Positions 1-8,471 of a DNA stretch of 64,000 nt are shown one piece after another. Below the pieces are notes generated by a model. It saw only the letters and a list, made by a program, of their open reading frames with translations, ran no database searches and was not told the DNA's origin. Origin of the DNA: Akkermansia muciniphila (GTDB lineage Bacteria; Verrucomicrobiota; Verrucomicrobiia; Limisphaerales; UBA11320). The stretch is taken from the NCBI GenBank assembly GCA_945861575.1, contig CAMAVD010000002.1, positions 6,667 through 70,666 on the forward strand. Direction: 5' to 3'. Both the position numbers and the translations under genes were made by a program. Numbering within the stretch: the first letter of the stretch is position 1; each line of letters starts with the position of its first letter.

Positions 1-3000
1 CACAGCGAAAGCCTCCAATTCCTCGAGCGTTTCCCGGCTCGGGGTAAGGTCCCACCGGCGCACCGAGCCATCGACTCCGGTTGCAATGAAAGCAGCGGCC
101 CCCTTAACAAAGGACATGGAAGCAATCCCGCTGGTAAAGGCGTAAGAGGCCATCAGGGGGTGGCCCGAACGTGCATCCCAGAGACGGACGTGTCCCTTGC
201 TTGTTCCTGTCGCCAGGAGAGTCCCCTTCTGGTTGAAGCACAAGTGCGTCACCTTGTTCTCATGCTGCATCTTTGGGGTCAAAGGCTGACCCTCGGGCAC
301 GCTCCAAAGCCTCGCCACCGCGTCCTCTCCCCCCGTCGCGACCCTTCTCGAGTCCGGCGAGAAAACAGCAACGGCCACGCCGTCTTCATGGAGCATTTCA
401 GCTCCAACGCCTTCATGGCTTTGCACCGACCAAAGCCTCGCCGATCTCGGCAGAAAGGAAACATCTGTGCATGGAGTAACAATCCACTTTCCGTCCGGAC
501 TGAAGTGAGCGGGCGGCATTTCAAAACCCATCTTGAACGGAGGCTTGGATTCCTCTCCGGTCTCCGCATCCCAAAGTCGGGCGATTCCGAAAGGGGAAGT
601 GGTCAGCAACCATCGGCCGTCTGGGCTGAACTCCGCATGCGCCAGAACTTCGTCGGGGTATCCTGGAAGCGATCGCGCTTCTAACGTGGCAGCATCCCAG
701 ATCGACAACCGAGGAAGCCACCACTGGTTCGGACCCTTTTCCAAAGTGACGAACCGCTTGCCTTGCCCATCGAACGCCATGAAACCAATGAGACCCTTGT
801 CGGCCTTACGTTGGATCGATCGAACCTGTTTACCGTCCTTCCAAATGTGGAGCGAGCCCTCCTCCGTCAGCGTGAGGGTGACTCTTCCTGTGGGATCGAA
901 AGCCTCAGCAACCACTCGATGAGCATGCGGAAGTAGCGGCCCCACCTGGCCCGTTTGAAGCGACTCGCTCTCCATGGATCCGTCGGCCCCTGCCCAAGTC
1001 AGACGCGCTCCCTGAGCGTCCACGCGCCCGACCCCTTTTCCGGTCCCGACCGTCCTCGAATCATTCTTCACCCCCCGTTTCAGCGTCCACAACCGTACAC
1101 CTCCGTCCTGGCAGGCTGTGACGATCTGGCGACCGGAGGACGAAAAGGCTGCATCCACGACATAAGCGCCATGCCTCAGAAAGGATTCCACTACCTCGCC
1201 GCTTCTTGCATCCCAGACACGAGCCGTGCCATCGAAACTACCCGTCACTAAGCAGTCCCCGGTGGTGTTCCATCTGAGGAGAACGACTCCCCGTGGATGG
1301 GAGATCTGCCGATTCAGAAGCATACCCGACTTGCTGTCCCAGACCCGGATGGAGTTATCAAAGGACAGGGTAGCTAGAAGGTTGTCGACAGGACTGAACG
1401 TGGCCTGCCCCATACGGAGTCGGGAGGTATGGTGCAGAGGGCCCGCGATCAAGGCACCGCTGGCCGGTTCCCACAAATTGGCTTCGGCATCCCTGCTGAC
1501 GGAAACCACCGTTTGTCCGTCGAATGAAAAACTCGCGAATTCCCCACCACCGACATGCCGATGTTTTCCCAAAGGGCGAAGCCCTTCCTGGGTCAACTCC
1601 CAGACTCCAACATTACCGCTGATCGCCGAAACGACCACACGCTTGCCGTCGGGGCTGAATGCCGCATGAGACGCCGGTTCACCGATATCCAGGACGGGAT
1701 AGGCGAACTCACCCGTGTTGGCATATCGAATCTCGACATGGTTCAACGAAACTCCCAGCAGCAAAGTTCCATCCGGACTGAAGGAGGCATTCGGACTCAA
1801 GCCCACTTTCCAGTAGGGATCACGAATCATCCACTCTGAACCTACCTGAAGACCCGTGGCCGAACTCCAGCAACGAGCTCGCCCCCCGCGACAAATGGTC
1901 AACACCAAAGACCCATCCCTATTCATCGTCGCAGAGAGCACCGAATGCTCGTGCTGGAACACCAACCCCTCCTTCCCATCGTCCACATTCCAAAGCCGAG
2001 ACGTTCGATCGGCTGACGCGGACAGGACCCATCTTCCATCCTGGCTGAATGTGGCCGAAGTGACGGCATCACCGTGTCGCCAGACGCGATCGAGTGACGG
2101 CATACCCCGCAGGGTAAGGCCCAGCCGAATACGATGCATCTCCGAGCGCGAAGGATCAGCAACGTCCAGACGGAGAGCGGCGAGTTGATAGGCGAGGGAC
2201 GCCCCGGAATCATTCTGTTCCGCGAGACGATTGGCGCTCTCCACGTTGAACTGTAAGAGGGATTCCCTCTGGAGCTGGCTCGCGAGCTGGCGATTGCGAC
2301 TGACCTGCCAGGCACCGAGCGTGATCACCAGAAGCGCGACTGCGAGCAGCGACAACAATGAAGCGACCAGGGGACGACGGCGCACCCATCTAGCCGCACG
2401 TTCCAGCGGATGGATTGCCCGCGCTTCAATCGGCATCCCTTTAAGCCAGCGATCTAGGTCATCGGCCAAGTCATCGCATGTCAGGTATCGCGATCGAGGC
2501 TCCTTTGAGATCGCCTTCAAGCAGATGGTTTCTAAGTCCAGATCCAGCGTTTTTCTAAGTGCGGAGGGACGTCGCGCCTCACCCTCCGTCACCTGCCGGA
2601 GTATTTCGAGCGAGGTCTTGCCCTCGAAGGGAGGCCGACCCGTCAGAAGCTCGTAGAGAACTGAGCCGAGTCCGTAGATGTCGCTCGAAACCGTCGCTTC
2701 GCCCGATCCGCCCAAGGCCACTTCGGGTGCCATATAGGTGGGGGTGCCGAGCGAGGCGTTGGTGCCCGTGAGACGAACATCCGTCTCCACGAGGCGCGCC
2801 AGACCAAAGTCGGTGAGGAACGGTTCGCCCGTGGCGTCCAGCAGCACATTCGCAGGCTTGAGATCGCGGTGAAGGATACCACGCTGATGTGCGTGATGTA
2901 CAGCCTGAGAGATTTTCTGGAGTATCTCCGCCGCCCGGCGGTCCACTTTTCTCGAACTCTGGGGAACACCCTCAAGATCGCAGAGGCGACTCCAAGCGGC

Positions 3001-3420
3001 GAGAGATCCTCCCTCGATCAGACGCATCGCAATGAAGAAGTTCCCGCCCTCCTCGCCAAACGCGTAGACGGGTACGATGTTCGGATGCACCAAGGATGCG
3101 GAGGCTCGTGCTTCCGTGCGAAAGCGCTCCAGCAGGTCGGAAGATGCCCACTCCCCGCCCTTCAGAAGCTTCAGAGCGACCGTGCGCCCAAGCCGTCGGT
3201 CCTGCGCGCGGAAAACGACGCCCATTCCACCCCGAGCGATCTCATCCATCAGCTCGTAATCACCCACCTGACGTCTCCCGGTTTGGGCGTCGCTGACATC
3301 TCCGGCCGCGTCGGAGGACGCAGGCTGGAGCGCCCGCAACATCAGGCAGCGAGGGCACAACCCCTCCGCGATGGCATCCCGGACATCGTTCCCACACTCG
3401 ACGCAAAGAGTCTCCGCCAT
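1..3420 (-). CDS. Serine/threonine protein kinase with transmembrane segment and C-terminal WD40 beta-propeller (3' end beyond window)
   Basis: Not in the ORF track because there is no stop inside the window. Minus-strand frame from ATG at 3420 reads MAETLCVECGNDV, GDYELMDEIARGGMGVVFRA (Gly loop), VALK, GILHRDLKPANVLL, DFGLAR and GTPTYMAPE. A hydrophobic LVASLLSLLAVALLVITLGAW segment follows, then WD40 units (e.g. GHVRLWDARSG, DGSVRRWDL at 1-250). The frame stays open to base 1. Confidence 0.9.
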   Translation of the reverse strand, partial: MAETLCVECGNDVRDAIAEGLCPRCLMLRALQPASSDAAGDVSDAQTGRRQVGDYELMDEIARGGMGVVFRAQDRRLGRTVALKLLKGGEWASSDLLERFRTEARASASLVHPNIVPVYAFGEEGGNFFIAMRLIEGGSLAAWSRLCDLEGVPQSSRKVDRRAAEILQKISQAVHHAHQRGILHRDLKPANVLLDATGEPFLTDFGLARLVETDVRLTGTNASLGTPTYMAPEVALGGSGEATVSSDIYGLGSVLYELLTGRPPFEGKTSLEILRQVTEGEARRPSALRKTLDLDLETICLKAISKEPRSRYLTCDDLADDLDRWLKGMPIEARAIHPLERAARWVRRRPLVASLLSLLAVALLVITLGAWQVSRNRQLASQLQRESLLQFNVESANRLAEQNDSGASLAYQLAALRLDVADPSRSEMHRIRLGLTLRGMPSLDRVWRHGDAVTSATFSQDGRWVLSASADRTSRLWNVDDGKEGLVFQHEHSVLSATMNRDGSLVLTICRGGRARCWSSATGLQVGSEWMIRDPYWKVGLSPNASFSPDGTLLLGVSLNHVEIRYANTGEFAYPVLDIGEPASHAAFSPDGKRVVVSAISGNVGVWELTQEGLRPLGKHRHVGGGEFASFSFDGQTVVSVSRDAEANLWEPASGALIAGPLHHTSRLRMGQATFSPVDNLLATLSFDNSIRVWDSKSGMLLNRQISHPRGVVLLRWNTTGDCLVTGSFDGTARVWDARSGEVVESFLRHGAYVVDAAFSSSGRQIVTACQDGGVRLWTLKRGVKNDSRTVGTGKGVGRVDAQGARLTWAGADGSMESESLQTGQVGPLLPHAHRVVAEAFDPTGRVTLTLTEEGSLHIWKDGKQVRSIQRKADKGLIGFMAFDGQGKRFVTLEKGPNQWWLPRLSIWDAATLEARSLPGYPDEVLAHAEFSPDGRWLLTTSPFGIARLWDAETGEESKPPFKMGFEMPPAHFSPDGKWIVTPCTDVSFLPRSARLWSVQSHEGVGAEMLHEDGVAVAVFSPDSRRVATGGEDAVARLWSVPEGQPLTPKMQHENKVTHLCFNQKGTLLATGTSKGHVRLWDARSGHPLMASYAFTSGIASMSFVKGAAAFIATGVDGSVRRWDLTPSRETLEELEAFAV

Positions 3421-3613
3421 ACACATCCGCTTCGCCCCTCGACACCCAGGCCGTCCTTTCTGTGAAACAGCGCCTGATCACAGTTCAAGTCGGCATCGAA
3501 GGCAAATCCTGCACCCCTCATCTCCATCCATCACGAAGGAAGCCCGAAGGAGAGTGCGCCTCGGAAGGCCAAGCCGGGCAAGGGGGCGCATTGCACAGAT
3601 CGAGGAGGCAGAG

Positions 3614-4942
3614 TCAGCGGCCCTTCCCAGGGAAACAAAACAGATGCTTGTCACCTCGCACCAGGAGTCGATCCTGCCCCACCGCAGGGGAAGCGACCAC
3701 CCGCTCGCCGAGTGGATTCTCACTGAGAAGTTCAAATCTATTCCCCACCCTGGCGGCAAAGACCACTCCATCCTCACGCGCGGCATAGAGAGTTCCGTTG
3801 GCAATCACCGGAGACGCATAGTAGCTGGCGGTTCCCTTGGGCAGGGACTCCGCCCACAAAGTCTTCCCGGTGGCAGGGTCCACACAGGCTACCTCACCTC
3901 GATGCCGCAACAGATAAACCCTTCCCTTGTATTCGACCGGAGTCGTCACAAAAACACCCAGATCATCCCGCTTCCAAACCTGATGCGTCGCGGACACATC
4001 CCCACTGCCGTCCAAACGCACGCCATAGAGACTGGCCTGCCCGGGACGGTCATCCCTTCCCACCGGCAGGACAGCAAGGTCTGCATGAACGAGGGGCGTG
4101 GCGATGGCAGGCCAGTAGGCAGTTCCGCCCGGATTGACGCCCCCAAAGGACCAGAGCAGGCTCCCGTCCTCGGCCGCATGCGCCGTTAAATGGTCCGCAC
4201 CCCATACCAATAACGCCTTGCGCCCCTTATGCTCGAACAACACGGGTGTCGTGTAGGCATTATCGTTCTCCGAAGGTACGGTGTAGTTGCGCTTCTGCTG
4301 CCAGCGCAGTTCCCCTGTCGCTTTGTCAAAGCCCGCGATCCACGACTCTCCCTGATGCATCCGGCTGAGAATGACATGACGCTCGGTAAGCACAGGAGAG
4401 CTGCCCTGATCCCAAAACAACTTCTCCGGGCCGAACCGCTCAACGACGCTGAACTGCCAGCGCACAGATCCGTCCAGGCTCAGCGACGCCAACCGCCCGC
4501 TCCGAAAGTAGACAAACAAGGATCGACCGTCCGTGACCGGGGACGCGTTGCAACTCGAAGCCAGGGTGCGGTGTTTTGCCTGGCTTTCGGCCCCCAGTTT
4601 GGTGAGCCAAGTTTGACTGCCAGAGAGACTCAGCGCCAGGACGGCATCCTGCCCATCCGACGGGGTGGTTAGAAAAATGTGGTCTTTGAGAATGACAGGA
4701 GTCGATCCTCCTTTCCCGGGAAGGGCAAACTTCCATGCGATATCGTTTGTGGCCAGTCGAACAGGGTAGTTCCCAACAAGCGTGCTTCCATTGCCCTTGG
4801 GTCCGCGCCACGAAGGCCAGTCCGCCGCCTCAAGACTCCCAACCAGCCCACAAGCCACGGCCGCCAGATGCAGCGTTGGAGAAAGGCAAAATCGTAGAAA
4901 ATTCACGCAGTAGGCACGGGGTGTTAAAGCGGTCATACACAC
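3614..4942 (-). CDS. Secreted PQQ-like (BamB/YVTN-type) beta-propeller repeat protein
   Basis: 442-aa ORF with N-terminal hydrophobic signal, ADWPSWRGPKGNGS motif and repeated propeller blades. Paralogous to 53680-54951. Confidence 0.75.
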   Translation of the reverse strand: MCMTALTPRAYCVNFLRFCLSPTLHLAAVACGLVGSLEAADWPSWRGPKGNGSTLVGNYPVRLATNDIAWKFALPGKGGSTPVILKDHIFLTTPSDGQDAVLALSLSGSQTWLTKLGAESQAKHRTLASSCNASPVTDGRSLFVYFRSGRLASLSLDGSVRWQFSVVERFGPEKLFWDQGSSPVLTERHVILSRMHQGESWIAGFDKATGELRWQQKRNYTVPSENDNAYTTPVLFEHKGRKALLVWGADHLTAHAAEDGSLLWSFGGVNPGGTAYWPAIATPLVHADLAVLPVGRDDRPGQASLYGVRLDGSGDVSATHQVWKRDDLGVFVTTPVEYKGRVYLLRHRGEVACVDPATGKTLWAESLPKGTASYYASPVIANGTLYAAREDGVVFAARVGNRFELLSENPLGERVVASPAVGQDRLLVRGDKHLFCFPGKGR

Positions 4943-5070
4943 TGAATACCAGAGCGGTTAGGGGAAGCTGAAGTAAAAACAGCCCTAGGCAAGAAGACGC
5001 CGGATCCGCCGTACGAATCAGAATTGTCTTTTCAGAACTCCGCGAACCCCTGACGATCGATCAACAGCCA

Positions 5071-5874
5071 TTGGTGAGACATCAAACAAGCCCGTCGACC
5101 GCCATGTTAATTCACAATCCAGCCGGCCACTACCGCTTCCTCTCTGGCATCGATCCCTATTCCTGCGGGGTGACGGCAGATGCAGGCTGGGAAATTGTTC
5201 GGGTGACCCCTGAGCGGTGGCTGCCCTGGCGGGAAGGCTTCGATTGGATCGACGCCCAGCTCCAACAGGCCGGATTAGGCCGCCCTGCGCTCTGCGCTAT
5301 GGAACTCCGATCCCCCAAGCCCTTCAGCATGGAAGGCTTCATCCAATTCAACCAGGGCTATTGCTCCCTCCTAAAGCAGTGGGATCTCCTGTTGGATGGA
5401 CGGAATCCCATTGCCCGAACCAATGTAGCGCCGGAAGTTGATCCACCCGCGGAGGTTTGCCTGCATGCGTTTTCGTTCGTGCGACCCAACCCGTCACTCC
5501 AAAGAGGAACCTTCGTGGTGGCCGGTGCCGGTGAACTGAGGGAAGGAACGCTGGTGTCGCAAGGAATCATCCGACGCGGCGACACCTCAACCGAGGCGAT
5601 GCTGGAGAAGGCGGACTATGTCCTCGACGTCATGGAGAATCGGCTGACGGGCCTGGGTTTCGGATGGAACGATGTCACCGCTGTCGATGTTTACACGGTG
5701 CACCCCCTTGAAGATGGGATCCGTGAGCATGTGGTGACACGTGTTGGCCCCGCGATGCGCCGCGGTCTCTGCTGGCACCTGACGTATCCGCCCGTGATCG
5801 ACATCGAATTCGAGATGGATCTCCGAGGCCTGGCCTGCGAGCTGGAGATGCCCGCAAAGCAAAAATCCCTATGA
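5071..5874 (+). CDS. Uncharacterised protein, possibly YjgF/RidA-like fold
   Basis: 267-aa ORF (TTG at 5071; alternative ATG at 5104). The C-terminal VDVYTVHPLED...VIDIEFEMDLRG resembles a RidA-type end. Its TGA overlaps the next ATG (ATGA at 5871-5874). The fold call is from memory only. Confidence 0.55.
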   Translation: MVRHQTSPSTAMLIHNPAGHYRFLSGIDPYSCGVTADAGWEIVRVTPERWLPWREGFDWIDAQLQQAGLGRPALCAMELRSPKPFSMEGFIQFNQGYCSLLKQWDLLLDGRNPIARTNVAPEVDPPAEVCLHAFSFVRPNPSLQRGTFVVAGAGELREGTLVSQGIIRRGDTSTEAMLEKADYVLDVMENRLTGLGFGWNDVTAVDVYTVHPLEDGIREHVVTRVGPAMRRGLCWHLTYPPVIDIEFEMDLRGLACELEMPAKQKSL

Positions 5875-7142
5875 GTCTAACTCGCCGCGCCTTTCTCACC
5901 GGAACCACAGCGGCTGTCACGCTGGGATCAAAGCTCCTGGCGGCTGAAGTCCGACGGCCTCGCATTGCGGCCCTGACCACCATCTACCACAAGTACTCGC
6001 ATTCTCAGCACATCGTCGACCGCTTCCTGGAGGGCTACGGATGGGAAGGGGCGCATCATCGCCCTGCCATGGACATCGTCTCTCTCTATGTCGAGCAAGT
6101 GGGCGACAACGATCTGAGCCGTGAGCGGGCCTCGCGCCATCCCGGAATGAAGCTGTGCCCCAGCATCGCGGAAGCCCTGACCCTCGGGGGCAAGGAACTC
6201 GCCGTCGACGGCGTCCTCCTCATCGGGGAACACGGCAAGTATCCGGTCAATGAGAAGGGGCAAACCCTCTATCCTCGTTACGAATACTTCCAGCAGATCG
6301 TGGAGGTGTTTCGACGCACCGGACGAACCGCACCTGTCTTCAATGACAAGCATCTTTCTTGGAGCTGGGACCACGCCAAGCAAATGGTCGAGACGTCTCG
6401 GACGATGGGTTTCGGACTCATGGCAGGGTCGTCGCTGCCGGTGACCTGGCGACAGCCCGCCGTGGATCTGCCCTTCGGCGCGCAGGTCGAGGAGGTGGTT
6501 GGAGTCTGGGGCGGCGGGATTGACGGCGGGGATATCCATGTCATCGAGGCGATGCAATCAATTGTCGAGCGTCGCCGCTCCGGCGAAAGCGGAGTGCGGG
6601 CAGTGGAAGCTTTCCGAGGGGACCGATTTTGGAAGGCGATGGCGGCTGGATCGTGGGAAGCGGGCGGATGGGACAAGCGTTTACTGGAGTCGGCGCTAAG
6701 CAGGAGCAATCAGCTGAACCCGGCGAGAGAGAGCTACAGCAATGTCTTCCCTAGTCTCGCGGACTTGCGTCGGCTTGCGCCTGAGGCCTATGCCTACCGT
6801 TTCGAATATGCCGACGGTTTGAAAGCCACCATCGTCCAACTCCAGGGCAAGGTGGTCGGCGATTGCACCCTAGCGGCCCGACTCAAGGGCGGCAGGCAGT
6901 TTTCAGTGCTGTTCTATCTTCCCTATTACTCCATGCGGAATTTCTTCAGTCCCTTTGTCCATCATATGGAGTCATTTTTCCTCACCGGAAAGTCCCCCTA
7001 CCCCATCGAACGCACCCTGCTCACCACCGGCATGACGGCCGCCGGAATCGAGTCGTTGTACCAGGGACAGCGACGTCTCGAAACGCCCCACTTAACCCTT
7101 GGCTACCAACCGACACGGACATCCACTTTCTGGAGGACTTGA
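5871..7142 (+). CDS. Tat-signal periplasmic protein, divergent Gfo/Idh/MocA-like (paralog 1)
   Basis: Starts MSLTRRAFLTGTTAAV (twin-arginine leader). Roughly half its residues match the next gene by eye (AVDGVLLIGEHGKYP, LYPRYEYF, NDKHLSWSW, AGSSLPVTWR). No GxGxxG dinucleotide motif is seen. Confidence 0.7.
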   Translation: MSLTRRAFLTGTTAAVTLGSKLLAAEVRRPRIAALTTIYHKYSHSQHIVDRFLEGYGWEGAHHRPAMDIVSLYVEQVGDNDLSRERASRHPGMKLCPSIAEALTLGGKELAVDGVLLIGEHGKYPVNEKGQTLYPRYEYFQQIVEVFRRTGRTAPVFNDKHLSWSWDHAKQMVETSRTMGFGLMAGSSLPVTWRQPAVDLPFGAQVEEVVGVWGGGIDGGDIHVIEAMQSIVERRRSGESGVRAVEAFRGDRFWKAMAAGSWEAGGWDKRLLESALSRSNQLNPARESYSNVFPSLADLRRLAPEAYAYRFEYADGLKATIVQLQGKVVGDCTLAARLKGGRQFSVLFYLPYYSMRNFFSPFVHHMESFFLTGKSPYPIERTLLTTGMTAAGIESLYQGQRRLETPHLTLGYQPTRTSTFWRT

Positions 7143-8401
7143 TGAGAATCCATCGTCGCAACTTTCTCGAATTGCTGGGAGCCACCGGACTCGTCGCCGC
7201 CGTTCCACCTACCCTAGGCGCATCAGTCCGCCCCAAGCGAATCGCCATCGTCGCCAGCATCTGGACCTATCTCTCCCATGCGCAGCATATGGGAGACCGG
7301 TTTCTGATCGGTTATCCCCGGCATGGAAGCTGGCACACCTCCCCCCTGGAGGTGGTCTCTCTCTACGTCGATCAGAAGCCGGAAGGCGATCTCAGCCAGA
7401 AGCGAGCCGCAGAGCACGGCTTCAAGATCTACCCCTCTATCTCCGAGACGTTGCGATGCGGGGGCGAAAAGTTAGCGGTCGATGGAGTCGTCATCATAGC
7501 GGAACACGGCGACTATCCGAAGAACCCGAAGGGCCAGATCCTCTATCCTCGCTACGAATTCTTCCAGGAAGTCGTGAAGGTCTTTGAAAAAGATCGTCGC
7601 GCTGTACCGGTTTACAACGACAAGCATCTCTCCTACAGCTGGGAGAAGGCGCGTCGCATGGTCGCCGACTCCAAGCGCTTGCGCTTTCCATTTCTCGCGG
7701 GCTCCTCGCTCCCCGTGACCTGGCGGCTGCCAGCGGTTGAGATTCCTTACGGAGCGAAGGTGGATGAGGCCCTCATGGTGGGTGTCGGAGGATCGGACCC
7801 GATGGACTACCATGCGCTCGAGGCGATGCAATGTATGGTGGAACGCCGCCGAGGTGGCGAGACTGGAATCAAATCGGTGCAAGTCCTGGAAGGCGAGGCT
7901 GTGTGGAAGGCCGGTGAAGAGGGCCGCTGGTCAGCCCGCTTGCTTGAAGCGGCTCTGTCGCGTTCCGATTCGCTGCAAGGCGACTCCGAGAGGGACTCCC
8001 GCCCGCAGGATCTGGTACGCAACGGACAGCTGCCCAAGCTGGTCAAGGATCCGGCCGCCTATTTCATCGAGCGCAACGACGGGCTGCGGACCACGCTCTT
8101 GATGCTCAACGGAGCCCTGCAAGACTACTGCTTCGCGGCACGCATGGCAGGTGGACGGATCGTCTCCACCCAGTTCTTCCTGCCGCCCACCCCGAACGTC
8201 ACCTACTCTGCGTGCCTCGTAGCGCAGATCGAGGAGATGATTCTGAGTGGACGAGCCCCTTACCCTGTGGAGCGGACACAAATCGCCAGCGCGATGCTCG
8301 ACCGCTGCCTGGACTCGAAAGTCGAAGGCCACCGCAGGATAGAAACCCCTGAACTAGCCATCCGGTATCGGGCACCCAGAGCGTCCATTTTTGGAGGATA
8401 G
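7142..8401 (+). CDS. Tat-signal periplasmic protein, divergent Gfo/Idh/MocA-like (paralog 2)
   Basis: The ATG at 7142 shares 1 nt with the upstream TGA (TGATG). Starts MRIHRRNFLELLGATGLVAA. The track's longer 6863 start lies inside the previous gene and is rejected. Ends at TAG 8399-8401, at the position homologous to the paralog 1 stop. Confidence 0.7.
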   Translation: MRIHRRNFLELLGATGLVAAVPPTLGASVRPKRIAIVASIWTYLSHAQHMGDRFLIGYPRHGSWHTSPLEVVSLYVDQKPEGDLSQKRAAEHGFKIYPSISETLRCGGEKLAVDGVVIIAEHGDYPKNPKGQILYPRYEFFQEVVKVFEKDRRAVPVYNDKHLSYSWEKARRMVADSKRLRFPFLAGSSLPVTWRLPAVEIPYGAKVDEALMVGVGGSDPMDYHALEAMQCMVERRRGGETGIKSVQVLEGEAVWKAGEEGRWSARLLEAALSRSDSLQGDSERDSRPQDLVRNGQLPKLVKDPAAYFIERNDGLRTTLLMLNGALQDYCFAARMAGGRIVSTQFFLPPTPNVTYSACLVAQIEEMILSGRAPYPVERTQIASAMLDRCLDSKVEGHRRIETPELAIRYRAPRASIFGG

Positions 8402-8471
8402 CCGAGCCTTGAGAGCTCGCGTTTCTGCTTGTTCGATCCACGCCTGATTCCTAGCTTGGTCCCGCACTAGA

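Noticed and set aside
160-3527. Many 60-270-aa ORFs on both strands in the first 3.5 kb
   Set aside because: All overlap the kinase-WD40 gene in other frames or on the opposite strand. Their Arg/Pro/Ser-rich composition is typical of off-frame translation in GC-rich DNA. The kinase motifs are unambiguous.
6863-7141. Long 512-aa form of the second Tat paralog
   Set aside because: The extra 93 codons overlap the end of paralog 1 in another frame and are His/Arg/Pro-rich. The Tat leader begins at ATG 7142.
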